64,000 nucleotides of DNA. Origin: Callorhinchus milii (lineage: Eukaryota). A program made the position numbers and the translations under genes. The notes under the pieces were generated by a model. The model saw only the letters and a list, made by a program, of their open reading frames with translations, was not told the origin of the DNA and ran no database searches. Location: assembly GCF_018977255.1 (NCBI RefSeq), contig NW_024704743.1:88910001-88974000 (forward strand), given 5' to 3'. Below, piece by piece: positions 36,478 through 49,682 of the stretch; position 1 is the first letter of the stretch; the number at the start of each line of letters is the position of its first letter.

Positions 36478-39215
36478 AAGTTACAGTGAAGGAGCAGAGA
36501 ATTGGAATTATAGTAGTGAATGTGTATCATTTTCTTTGAATACAAAACTACAAAAAGGAAAGTAAGAGCTGAAAGTTAAATAAATAAAACATTCTAAATT
36601 TAGAATTAGTTGGAGAAATTGATCAGAATGGGCAGAATTTAATAAAAATAGTCAAAACAAAAAACTGACAAGACTACCTTAAGTAAAGACTTAAATGTGT
36701 TTTATTGAGATTTTTTAAAATAAGTTACAATAATAAAGTTATCCTGATATTTGAATGCATTTATTACAATAGGTTTTGGCTTCAATGTCAGTGCTTGATC
36801 TTAGAATGTAGATAACCATTTAGCCACAGTGTCTCTGTAGGTCCTGCTGGTAGTTTTAAGAGCTGATGAAATGTTCTAAAACATATTCAAAAGAAAATTA
36901 TCCTAAATCAGCTAACTGAAAACAGTAGTTAAACTCAACCTGATCTTTCTACCACTTTTCAGTGAATATTTGATTGTGGACACAGCAATACTAAAATGAA
37001 ATAAAACTCGGTCCCAGAAATGAGAATTTCCATTTGTGAGTGGCATAATTGGAACTTCCAGGTATGATTTGTACACTACACCCAGTTGAACAAACAAATC
37101 ACCATTGAATGGGACCTGTCAACATGAAGTAACGTTTTAAAACCACAACTACAATCCTAGATTTGAGTCATTGAAAATTGTATATGATGAAATGGATCTG
37201 TATAATCTGGATTATAGTGTCATAAACATTTCTAGTTTTAGTATTGCTGGGAATTATTGAACCATTCATTCAGATTTCCTGGATTATTCATCTGCACAAT
37301 GCTACGATTAAGCCAGATCCCAATTTATGAAAAACATTTTTAGTTTATATTTGAGGAGCTATAAAGTGTAACTCTCCTTGTGTTTGTATAGTGAAAATTA
37401 TACACATCATGTCCCATTGCCCATTCATGCTCAGTATAAGATGCATCTAATTTTTGTATCTGGACCTGGAATTAAAGCATTTGAAGTAGAAAGGAGTGGA
37501 CTGTCAGATCAGAAGTACCTCAATAATCTAAAACCTAATGATATTTCAATTAAATTGTTTGGGGCCTTTGCTGCATGCTTTCAAAATTATTTGTCATCTT
37601 GGAATTCAGCTCCTTGCAACACACTTAGTCCCTGTTGGGTACAGTCAAACTAGCAACAATTTGGATGTATGGTTTCAGGAGGAGTGTACTTGAATGGCTG
37701 ATATGCTGTGATCTACATGTTGGAGGCATTACTGTTATGGTAAAGCACCATATGAGTGAGGATCATCATTAGCTATCTCGTACCAGATTTTCTTTCCCTG
37801 GTCCAGAAAAATAACAAAGAAATGGGAGAAAATATCACCAAAAGAAAGCCCATCACCCTCAATAATTAGTTCATAAAAACAAACTTGGACAGTTTTTTTA
37901 AAAAAAGCTGTAACTGCATTTTTAACTTAGTTACTTCTGATATAGCTGTGGGTGGGGGAGGCAAGGGTTCTCTTCCCTCAGTAAGTTTGCCGATCTTGGC
38001 CTGCAAGTTTATTATGGGATTTTCCTTTACAAGTGTGTATGATGGTGACTGTTTGTGTATCATGTCTACAAAAATAAAGTAGGTACTTCAATATTTTACA
38101 GTTACTGGCTTTTTTTGTCCTTGTTGGTTGGAGTGGTGGTAAATGTGAAGTGAATGCAACTTTTTACAATTTCAGTCTGAGATTCACCATTAGTCAAAAG
38201 GGAGTTCAGTATTGAGAAAAGTTACTGTACAGCATCAGTCTCACGTTGTTTAGATAATGAAGTGATCGCTCTAAGCATGAATGTTTGAAGAGAAGATTCA
38301 TATATTTCAAGAGTATTTCAAGGTTGTAAAAGCTTTACAGTAAAATTGTTTAAAAGGCACAGAAGTTGTGGGTCGAGCAGCATTACTTTAGTTAAAAGCT
38401 TTACGATTACAATCTGAATTGTTTTATAACTTGTGGGTGGCAAATGGACTCAGATATACAAGGTTATTGAGTTCTTGTCTCATCGAAACCATAGAACTTG
38501 ATTGCATGATCGATGGCAGAACTTGGAGGGGAGACTGGGATATTTCCCACTCAGCTCCTATTAACCCTTCAAAACAAAGTCCTCACGGTAGGATGGTGCT
38601 AGGAGGACAAAACTGCTAGAAGCTTGCCAGCCAGTGGGCAAATGGCGAACTATGTGCCTTTAGCTGGTTAAACTCCAGCACCACATCACATAGTAGAATT
38701 ACCAAGCCTTGGTCCTCACTAACCTGCCCCTAATACTCTCCGGAATTGGGTAAGTATGGTTGCAGCCCTCCAGGGAGAGAGTGCACTTCTTTTCCAGACA
38801 CAAGAAAATATTCATGTGCAGATGGCATACATAATGTGGAACTCTCAGCATGGCTTGGATATTCTAAAACATGGTGATAGGCTTCTGCATATGTTATGAG
38901 CAGGTTATGTATTTCTTTTACTTTGGAACCAGTCAGATGGCTGCAATGGTCTTTTACAGTTCAGTGTGTTCCTATGGTTGTCAAGTGCAGTAAAGGACGA
39001 AATTAGCCTGAAGTAAATATGACATTAAATTGTGTGTAGAATCATATATACACTTCTCGCAAGTTATTTTAATAACCAGATTTCATGGGGAATCTCTGGC
39101 CTTTCCTAGGACTTTGTTTTGATACAAGAAATGATTGCTGTTCGTTTTTCACACTCCATTGTATATTATTCTACTATAAACTACTAAACCATTTCCTGCA
39201 TTCAGTTAAAAACTT

Positions 39216-40371
39216 CTACTGACTTGTATTTTTTAAATCTGAACCTCTTGTTAAATTTCCAGTCTGTTGCTGGTGATTTTTGGTCGCAAACAAGATCATT
39301 TTAAGTTCACAGTGAATCACACCGGTCCTGTATCCATCAGCACCTCCTACTTCAGATATTAACTGGCCCTTTTTCTTCAACCGTTTCATTAAACAGCTTG
39401 CGATGCCCAAAGCACCACCTTTAAGAAATCTGACAAAGTTGTCCCCAATTAATGGTCCCATACAAAATAATGTAGCCTCTTTGGTGCACTCAAATGTACA
39501 GGGATTAATGTCAACAGGGTTCCTCTTACATGAAATGGATTTACTTGGATCCACTCCTAAATATTTCCCATGATCTTTAAGGAAAGATAAATTAGGGTAA
39601 GAACCTATTAGTATCAAGGCCAATGAGATGCTTAAGACCGTTTTCACTCCAGAGGCACTCTGGAGAATGCATTTCATGTCTGGCTGGAAAGAAACAATAC
39701 AGTTTTCTGGAAAACTCGTATAGTTAGTATACAGACCCGAGGCTGTGGAATAAGATTGTTTGCACATCTTGTGGTAAACTTTGTGATATTCTGGATAAAG
39801 GGCCTTAGGAAGTTGCTTAAATATCAAGCCTGGGTCATTGACACTTCTTCGGAATGTGTGAATCACTGGGATGTTATTGTGGTAGGCACACAGGATGGCA
39901 TCTGCTGCAGTTAACCCGGCACCTACAATAAGAACAGGATCCGAGGCTTGGTTGACTTTGCGATTTTTGATGGCAACCTCAAAGTCTGAGATGCTGTGAA
40001 ATACAAAAGGCAAGTCCTCACCTTCTACCCCTAATCTTGCAGGTGAATCGTATGTGCCAGTAGCTAAGACAACATTCTCAGCCAAAAGACAGAAAGGCAC
40101 AGGTGATCCTTCCCCAATTTTCTGATATCCACTGACTTCCCAAAGGTTCTGAGGCAATCCATTTTGGTCTGCCACGTTAGTAGCAGGGAGCTGCCGTGTG
40201 CTAATGTCCATTTCATCATTCTCCTTTGTGTTCTCTTGATCCTGCTGGGACTTTGATACGGAAGTGACACAAGTGTTATCGGCAAAGTTTTTCTGAAGAC
40301 CCATGATCTTTACATAGTCTTTATAGTAGGAAGCTATGTCTTCTGTAGTTGCTCTGTCATTTGTTGGATTT
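39216..40371 (-). CDS. OSGIN2: Oxidative stress-induced growth inhibitor 2, last coding exon (1156 bp)
   Basis: ccacag|A AAT..TAG; YYKDYVKIMGLQKNF..LATGT..PVLIVGAGLTAADA..QLPKALYPEYHKVY..GPLIGDNFVRFLKGGALG. Confidence 0.95.
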
Positions 40372-42311
40372 CTGTGGGGGGAAATTTTGGTCATAGCAAT
40401 ACATAATTCAACCATTAACGCTTGAGTGCAATTGCTTCTGTTTCAGTATAACAATCAGTACATTATAAATCCATTGTTCAGATGAAATAACTTTCAAAGT
40501 CCATTTAAGCTTCTCAAGTTCGGTTTACTTTATTACATCTGAAAGGTTTTATATTTAAGAATATTGCAAACAAAATAATGTGTGTAAAGTCCAGTATTTC
40601 AATTGCAGGACTTGGAAAGCTGTTTGTGAATGTTTTCTAAGAGAAATGAATCCTATGATTCATGTAGGATTAGTGGTGGAAGTCCACCTAATCTCCTGAC
40701 ATTGATTTTCAGCAAGTTTGTTATGCTATTCCTATGTATTTAGCTGTTATTTGTGCCAACTGTTATGCAGAATTCAGCCTATTTATAAGTGGGTCACTAA
40801 GCACTTTAAACTACAGAATCCAAACAACATTTTTGATTTGTAAGTAACCAGAGTTGAACCTAGTTTAACAATGTGATTTTTCAAATGGACAGTATATCTT
40901 TTGCCTACAAAATATTCAGTCAATTCACTTTACAGTATATTCTGTGAAGCACTTTGACGTCTCACCGACATGATAAGGCACTATTAATGCATTATTATTA
41001 CTATTATCTCCTGAAAATCTAAAAGCTGAAATTAGAACAAAGCATCAATTCATCTATTCTTTGAAATATTCTCCATAAAATACTCTTTAATACCTTCTCA
41101 AAGGCTTGTTGCAATTAAAATAAATATATTTAAAACATCCAGCACTAAAAAAAACTGACTAAAATTAATGGCAATAGGTCTTGTATCACTTTGAACTGTT
41201 TCTTCTCTTATTGAGCATGATGACAAAAGAAACTACTCTCTGAATGTGATAGAATGCGTTTTGAAACCCTGCATTTCGCAAAATGATTTGCCTAAAACTT
41301 TTATTCTTAAAAAGGTTTCTATATATTGTTTAATCAAACAATTTAAAAAATGAATTTTGAATGCAGAAATGTTAGCACAATAACTAAACATGAACCCATA
41401 GAGTTTAGCACTTGTTTGAAGTAATATTATGGTGTTTACTGTTCCTTAACACTGAATTGCTAAATCTGTAGCTTTAAAAAAAACTTCTAAGTTACTTTAG
41501 CATTGAGAACATTTTTGTGTTCATTTCTTATTTTGAAAGCAAACTAGATTTTTCATAGCATTTCCTCTTAATGGATTCTGGATTCTGATTGAAAATGGAT
41601 ATCTTGAACAATGTTCTTGCACCTATAACCATTTTAGCTTGGGTTATTGATTCTATATGGTCTAAAATGCGGTATTTCTAATAGTGATAAAAACATTCTC
41701 AGAGTAAGTACCAACTACATCTGGTAATTGGCACAATATAATGCCATGGTGTATCTTAAAATATTTTTCTGGGATCACTCCCTCTACCCCTTAATATTGT
41801 GAAGTTTGGTTTAAAAAAGTAACACAATGTATTTGCAGGCTGAGTGCTGAGGTATTATTGGTAGGAGCCTCTATTTACAACTGATTTCATGACCATTGCA
41901 GCTTAGATCCCCATTTCTAAATTAACCCTTGTACTTATCACAGAAGCAGTTTATATCATGGCAGCTACAAATTCTTTTTCTGCTGCGATTTTTTTTATCA
42001 AAGATTGACCTGGTCTTATCCAACGATGTGGAAATGCCAATTTTGAACATCTTAGGCTTTTAATAAATGTAAAACCAATTTAATTTTTAGCAAATTCCAA
42101 GAAATAGTGGTTTCACCTCTGAAATGGGACAGGGTGGCAGACAGAGAAAGATAGGTAGGGTGTTACAATGGGTTAGAGAAAATCAACCTAGAAAAATAAT
42201 TTCATGAAAATCAAGGCAGCAAGGCAAGAGGGCTGTTCAGGTTAGGTGTTGTGAAGAGCAATTTTCGAACAGACGTGAAGAAGTTGCTTTACACAGAGGG
42301 TAATCAACAAC

Positions 42312-42849
42312 AACAACAACAAGATTCCATTTATTGAGCGCCTAGGAGCTGTACAGTTGGGTCAGGACCCGAGCAAGGGGAAAATGGTCAGGGTGAGGGG
42401 AGGGAAGGGAGGGAGCGAGGAGGGGGTAGAGAGTCGAGAGGGGAGCTGAAGGCACGGTCAAAGAGAAAGGTCTTGAGACCGGCCTTGAAAGAGGAAAGGG
42501 AGGAGGCGGCGAAGGCACTGGGGGATAGAGTTCCAGAGCCTAGGGGCTGAGAGGCTGAAGGCCCGGCCACCGATAGTAGGACGGTTGGGGCGGGGGATGT
42601 GGAGCAGACCGGAGCCAGAGGAACGGAGGGCACGGGCAGGTAAGTAGGGGGATAGTAGGTTGGAGAGGTAGGAGGGAGCAAGGCCGTGAATGGCCTTGTA
42701 GGTGAGGGTGAGGATCTTGAATTCGATCCTCTGGGGGATGGGGAGCCAGTGGAGGCGAGCGAAGGTGGGAGTGATGTGGTCACGAAGCCTGGTGCGGGAC
42801 AGTACACGAGCTGCAGAGTTCTGAATGACCTGCAGCTTGTGGAGGGAGG
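42312..42849 (-). mobile_element. L2 3' fragment inserted in an old CR1 remnant
   Basis: ATCAACAAC at 42303-42311 and 42850-42858; flanks read as CR1-like tttacacagagggt..aacaggctacc. Confidence 0.85.
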
Positions 42850-43257
42850 ATCAACAACTTAACAGGCTACCAGGAAGAGGTCAGAAGCGGTTTGATATAA
42901 TGGGAAGATGGTGGGGTGGTTATTCAGAAAAGATGGGTTCAGAAACCTTCTTCATCTGAATCTCTCTTGTCATCTTGAGATAAAGGGCAAACTGGAGCAA
43001 ATGTAAAAATAAATGGGTCAGAATATTAAAAAATGTAATAAAAGGTTGATGAGGAAGCACAGGTAGACTGTTTTGTTTTAACTTAAATCTGTTTATATTA
43101 GTGGTATAGGGTTAAGTGCTCCGGGATGCTACCCCAAGTGAATAGCACTATAAATGTAAGCTGTTGTTTATTAATCTTTTGGTCATAAAATTACCCTAAT
43201 GTTTGCTAGCTTTAAGGCTGTAATATTAGTGTTTACTCCAGTGTAGAATGTGAAAAA

Positions 43258-43830
43258 AACAACAAAATTACATTTGTAAAGCGCCCTTCACGTCGGAAGG
43301 ATGTCCCAAGGCGTTGGATAGTCAGCGGTCAAGACCCAAGCATGAACAGGGGTGGGGTAGGGGTGAGGGAAGGCAGAGAGGTGGGAGGGTGACCAAAGGC
43401 ACGATCGAAGACAAGGGTCTTGAGACCAGCCTTGAAGGAGGCAAGGGGGGAAGCAAGGCAAAGGGACTGTGAGACGGAGTTCTAGAGTGAGGAGCAGAGA
43501 GGCTGAAAGCCCGGCGGGTCGGGCAGGAGACATGGAGCAGGCCAGAGCCCGCTGAATGGAGGGAGCGGGCAAAGTGGTAGGGAATCAGTAGGTCAGAGAG
43601 GTAGGAGGGGGCAAGGCCAGACCTTGAAAGGAGAATGAGGATCTTGAATTTGATCCTCTGAGGGATGGGGAGCCAGTGGAATCGGGCGAGAGTGGGAGCC
43701 ACGGAGCCTGGTGAGTGAGAGTACACGAGCTGCAGAGTTTTGGATGATCTGCAGCTTGTGAAAGGAAGAGTTGGGAAGGCCGATGAGGAGGCAATTTCCA
43801 TAATCATACATAAAGAAAGCATACAGAGCT
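43258..43830 (-). mobile_element. L2 3' fragment
   Basis: KLQIIQNSAARVL..HWLPIPQRIKFKIL..GLAPSYLSDLL; L2 tail. Confidence 0.88.
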
Positions 43831-44969
43831 TGACAGGCCAAAGAGACAGTTGTTTCCAGAGATATACAGTTGTTGAACAGTTAACTAATCGTTTATATTG
43901 AAAATAAACTGCAAATCCTTGGTTGCATTTTCAAATAAAGGGCACGTGAGGAGATGTATGTGTGTTTACAGCAACGGATTTATCCACTGAACAAATCAGC
44001 ATGGATGTTTTCAGATAGTGCATGAGTCCATCTCATCAGGCTGGATTATTTTTGAAAAGACCAGCACTGTGAGCAATATTAAAAGGATGCAATCACCGTT
44101 GGCAACTGCTTGTGCTATTCAAGGCTACACCAGACATTGTTCCCGAACAACAGACAGGCTGACATCCAACTGCAACAACAACAATGACGACTTGCATTTG
44201 TATGGACCTTTCATGTAAGCAATAACGTCCATGAATATACTGCCCTTCACGTTACAATATCGTCTCAGGGCGCTTCACAATATCTGGGTCAGACACCGAG
44301 CAACGGAGAAGGGAGAGGAAGGAGGTGACCATAAGCATGGTCAATGAGATTTTGGACAAATTTAAAAACTGTTAGATATGGGCAAGATGGAGGGTAGGGC
44401 CGGTGAGTTCCATTGGTTTGGGGAGTAGTTAGCTGAAGGCTCAGCTACCAATGATAGCATGGAGGAGGTGTGGCTGCAGGGAGTGGGGGCATGGGGTGGC
44501 CGCTGGGGTGGGAGCGTGGGGTGACTGTGAGGGTGGGAGCGTGGGGAGAGGCCGCAGAGTGTGGCCAACCAGTCCAAGCTGGTACTTATTCTTAAGTGCT
44601 CCAAGTCACAAATAAATGTAAATTGTTGTTGTTGTATGCTCCTCATGCAGCAAACCTGAACATCTCAAAAGGCTTGAGAGGCAAATAAGATACTTAAAGA
44701 TGTTGACCAAAGGAACAGTAGAAGCAGTGTATTTTTGGAGAAATTTTGAAGGTAGGGATACAAATAACAAGGCAAAGTGGTTTGGAAGTACAAGGCAGGG
44801 CTACTGTTCGTGAAACAAACAGGGTGGGAAGAGAGCAATTAATCAGTCAGATGGGCCTTGCACTCATGTAATCTTTATGACCTGAATAGCTCTATCCTAC
44901 GATTCTGTTATTTTATAATCATTTTAATGCTAGGAGTTATACTTACAACTCTGTATCATATGAAACACC

Positions 44970-45230
44970 CACGAAATTGCGCCAATTGCACACAACAGTG
45001 GCCCACAAATAGTCATGGATTGAGTGACCAAATTATTTTTTAAAAGGATTATTACCTCTGGAAAAGAGATCTGCCAAATTGACAAACAACTGGGTTCCTA
45101 TTTACTGCTAGGTAAACAGAGGCGTGTGGAGTAAGAAAACTTGCCTAACATTTTACCCCGCCACAGAATCGAACCCAGATCCTCTCGCTTGCAAGGTGAG
45201 TGCTCTAACTAATATGCTAATATCCACATG
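44970..45230 (-). mobile_element. tRNA-Ala-like SINE, long subfamily, partial
   Basis: cctatttactgctaggtaaacagaggcgtgtggagtaag core and head. Confidence 0.8.
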
Positions 45231-45487
45231 AATCATATAATAATAACAATAAAAATAATCTTATTATCCTGGATTTACTTAGTTCTTCAGTTCAAAATCT
45301 GTATCCCACGCGACACATAAGATACACAAAACTAGAAATTCCAGTTTGGCTGATGGCAGACAGAAGCTTAACAGCACAAAGTGTACACCCCCCCCAATTT
45401 GCAGAAATAATTTTTTTAAAATCTTAAATTTTTTTGAAAGCGATTTGTGAGCAAAATATTTAGCAATTAATGATAAATTGTTCCCAC

Positions 45488-45579
45488 CTCCGCTTACTGC
45501 TGGCCCAATCCTTAAATTTCAATCCAGGTAGCTCCATCCAGTTGCCCAGACTAATTGTCAACATAGATCCTTTCATTAC
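45488..45579 (-). CDS. OSGIN2: OSGIN2 coding exon (92 bp)
   Basis: ttaag|GTA..CGG AG|gtggga; VMKGSMLTISLGNWMELPGLKFKDWASSKR(R). Confidence 0.95.
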
Positions 45580-46705
45580 CTTAAAGCAAAGACATAAACT
45601 GATGCATCATATAAATCACTGTATCCAGCATTTTATAATAGTATTACTACCTGTACAAGAGAAATACTTAGATTCATGTTAACTAATCTTTTCTATTACT
45701 ATGAATAAATAGGACAACATTTTCAGTCTTTGAACAAAAGAATTTACATTTTTATATTTCTTTATCACATAGAATAGAATTACATAAAATTATACGATAA
45801 GAAAACAGCCTATTCAGACCAACTAGTCCATCCCAGTGTTTATATTCCACATGAGCCCCAACCCTTCCTTTTCGCCTCTATTTACATCTCCCCCATGTAC
45901 ACACTGAGTCATAACGAAATGCACTTCACAGGGATTTAATAATAATAATCCTTGCATTTGATATAGCGCCGTATCACGATTTCGAGGCGTCTCAAAGTGC
46001 TTCACAGAATATACTGTAAAGTGGATTTAATATCAAGGACAGTGATTGTTTTTGTAGATAAACACAGCAGCCATTTGCACTACCATGAACTACATTATCC
46101 ATGAACTACAATAAATAATCAGTTAATTTATAGACTTATTGGCCAGCGGACCAGGAGAAACTCACTTCTCTTTTCAAATGATGTCATGGGATCTTTGACG
46201 TCCACCTGAACAGATAGATGGATCCTTGGTTTAGGAGCAGCTATCAGGCGTACAGACATAATATTCTTTGGATTTCATGTACTATTCTTCACATCAGTGG
46301 GATGACTCAAAGTGCTTCAAAGGATTTACTGTAAAGTGTAATTAATGACTGTTTATGTAAGAGGCGAAAACAGCAGCCAGATTGCACAAAGCAATGTCCC
46401 ATAAACAGCCACAAAGTGAAAGTGACTAGTTTTATTAGGGGGATTGGACACTTAGAGATTTTTTATCTGAATAGTGCCATGGGGTCTTTAACGTCCACCT
46501 GAACTGGCAGATGGGACCTTGGCTTAATTTTCAAAAGGGGTTCTGCTCCACAAACATCTTAGAGCTCATGAGCAATGCTCCCAATCACTAATAGAATATA
46601 TTTCTTGTTCTAATGGAATGCCATCAACATCTCGTATGCTAAATTTCCCCTTTATTAAATTACAAAAACAATATTGTGCTTCATAATAATAGGCAGGATA
46701 CTTAC

Positions 46706-46897
46706 ATGCCAAGCACCACCAGGGAGCCCCTTCCCCAACACAATGTGAGGAATGTTTTCGTGCTTTTCTAGCTTCCACTGTAGGACAGATGGGTAATCAA
46801 ACTGAAAGTCAGCATCTGGGTGAAGAAGCGTATCAAAGAGCACGGCCACAGGATTGGATGACCTGCCTTCAAGCCCTTCGCCTAAGTATTCCAAATC
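46706..46897 (-). CDS. OSGIN2: OSGIN2 coding exon (192 bp)
   Basis: tcag|GAT..CAT|gtaagt; DLEYLGEGLEGRSSNPVAVLFDTLLHPDAD..GKGLPGGAWH. Confidence 0.96.
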
Positions 46898-47628
46898 CTG
46901 AGAACGAGAAAGGAATAACATTCATCTTTAGGCGCCTAGCCCTCTTGTCTTTCCACTGCCACCCAAAGTAACACATCTTCCACAGCTAAGGTGCCCTGCT
47001 CCTAGTCCTTTGCCAATAACATTGTATAGCAGTGGGAGTTGTGTGTGAAAATCTGGTTGACCGATTCCTGATTCTCTCCCCCTCACTGTGAGACATTCCT
47101 TTTGTGCTCCCTCTTTAAGATATAATACTAACACTTGCATTTTACAAAGCACCTTATGTTGTTGAAATGCAGTATTTACTGTACAGTGTAGTAATTGTGT
47201 GTTTTGCAAATAAATGTGGGAGTCAGTTTGCACACAATAATGTTCCACAAACAGTCATGAAGTGAATGATCAGTCTTATTTAAGGGGATTGTTGTCGAGG
47301 TTACCTGGAAAAACTCCTCTCTTGTTTAAAATGGTGATATTCAGTAATTGAGAATCAACTTTGTGGGAAATCATGCAGTAATAATAATGCTGCAAGGCAC
47401 TTGGTTTCCTGTGTTCTCTTTGTTTGAAGAAATTGTGAACATGAAAATTTAGTGGAACCAATTGTATGAGAAGCTGATTTGACAGAACTCAGTTCTGGCT
47501 TACATGAGAGGAAATACATTTTATATCCCAAACCAATTTGCAGAATTTTTAAAAAAAAATTTAAAAAAAAGCATTTTGTGAGGGTTTTGTGAGCAAGGTT
47601 TTAGCATTTAATCATATATTGTTCCCAC

Positions 47629-47720
47629 TTGCGCTTACTGTTAGTGCAATTCTTAAATGTCATCCAGTTCCAGGTAGCTCCATCCAGTTACCTAATCGTC
47701 AACATCGATCCTTTCATTAC
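47629..47720 (-). pseudogene. Degenerate duplicate of the 92-bp OSGIN2 exon
   Basis: GTAATGAAAGGATCGATGTTGACGATTAGGTAACTGGATGGAGCTACCTGG.. aligns to 45488-45579; acceptor AG missing; in-frame TAA at codon 11. Confidence 0.88.
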
Positions 47721-48390
47721 GTAAAACTTTATCGCAATTGTTTTTTCTGGCATTCACACAACAACAACAAAATTACATTTATAGAGCGCCTTTCACGTCG
47801 GGAGGATGTCCCAAGGCATTATTTATACTGCTGCTTTTCCATTGAATACTTTTCCACCTCAGTTGCACTATATTGCATTATGTTAAAAACTTTTATGTTA
47901 CAAATACAAATTTTTATTTTGAACGCATAAAGGTATCTGCAATTACACCTTGAATGTGTTTGTGCTGAGCCTCCAACTGGGATGTCAATTGATGGACGGA
48001 GTACATTCAAACCATAACGTGAGAGTGCATGACACTTTGTTTTAGTCCTTTTTGAAAACTGCAAATCAAATCCATATTTATGGATTATCCAGATTTCATG
48101 AATAACATGAAATAAACATAGATATGGGGCAAATTTCAACCTAGGCAGGCTTTACTCTATTTATGTAGCATTTCAGAGTGTCCAGAAATTATCAAATTCT
48201 TAAATGTAGCCTTAACTTTGAAGCTGTTTTCTGTAAATTCTTTTGAAGACTACAGAAAACTGATTTCAAAGTTAAGACTGATTAGCAATTTGCTGCATTC
48301 TGGGCACTCTAAAATGCTATATCAACAGAGTAAATCTACACCCAGATAGAGTTTTCCCCCTAATAACATGTTAACACATTGTTGACTTAC

Positions 48391-48527
48391 CTGATGCACA
48401 ACAGAACAGTGGCTTCCTTCTTCCAGTTTACTCTGAAGAATAGGGTTTGGGTGGACAATTCCTGGAGCCACATACGGCCTATATCCTGAGAGCAGGTAGG
48501 AGAGGCATATCCCAGAAGGACCATTCC
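48391..48527 (-). CDS. OSGIN2: OSGIN2 coding exon (137 bp)
   Basis: ccag|GG AAT..CAG|gtaagt; GNGPSGICLSYLLSGYRPY..HPNPILQSKLEE (GxGxxG motif). Confidence 0.96.
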
Positions 48528-48877
48528 CTGGATTAAGAACATTATTAGACCAACATGATATTTTGAATATGGACCAAAACAAGAACATGCGCATTAATGG
48601 ATTATGCTTATCTGTGTTATCTAACGATCCAAGCAGAAAATGTTCTGGGGATTTAGTAATTGAAAGATATTTGCGAATATAACCACAAATATAACAATAG
48701 TTTAAGAATGAGTGCACTGAATCTGTGTTTAAGTATTGTCAACATAGATGCTTCCTTGTATAGATTAATGACCTATATTCGCAAACTTCCTGCAAGATAA
48801 TTAAATATGCACCAAGTTAGGCGGAAACATGGAATCAGAGGAAGCAGCTAACATCTAACACCTGCGTCTCAACAGGT

Positions 48878-49205
48878 GTCAGCCTGGCTTAGTTGGTAGC
48901 ACTCTGTTTCTGAGTCAGAAAGTTGTGGGTTCAAGCTCCATGTCAGACTTTGAACTCACAGTCTATGCTGACATTCCATTGCCTTGTTGAGTGCGGTCTT
49001 TCAGATGAGATGTTAAACCTAGATCCTGTCTACTTGTTCAGGTGCACATTAAAGATCCCATGGCACTATTTGAAAAGTGAAGGGAATTTCTCCCCCCACC
49101 ACCCCCAAAAAAAAGCTGCATGCGAGACATTGTAATGTGCAAATTGGCTATTGCATTTGTCTACAAAAATGCAGTGAATCCCGTGAACTGCTTTGAGACA
49201 TCATC
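48878..49205 (+). mobile_element. Deu-domain SINE
   Basis: gtcagcctggcttagttggtagcactc head; Deu core aaagatcccatggcactatttg. Confidence 0.82.
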
Positions 49206-49682
49206 TACCCTACTAATTAAGGCTTGCAGGGTCAACAGGAGCTGAATGTGAAAAATCCCAGCCCCTGGTATCGAGTCTGCCGCTAGCAATTCTGATGATG
49301 AGTCAGGCTGGACTGTCATCAACAAGTGTCTTTAAGCACTGACTGGCTCAGAAACCGGACTACCAAAACCCCCACAAACAGTCAACTCGATTCCAGAATT
49401 TCACTTCCAGTCACATCACCCTGTAACCAGTTCAGCCCCAACGAGATCCCGTAAACCTCCCACGCCCCCCCCTCACTTACCACCAAGGAGAATAAAGTTG
49501 TGGATCGTGGCACTGGAATGCTAGTTAGGGAACCGATTTGACTCAACAATAAAAATATTACCATGTAAACTGACATCCAATGCTACAAAGCAAATGCTTG
49601 CCTTCCTATCCTCAATGAAACGATTTGTTTAAAAAAAGTTGTTGTTAAATATGTAGTGTTAGAATTTACACTTTTTGTATAA

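Noticed and set aside
49291..49325. Hammerhead ribozyme core (CTGATGA)
   Set aside because: No properly placed GAAA or closing stems, and the motif is not kept in other copies.
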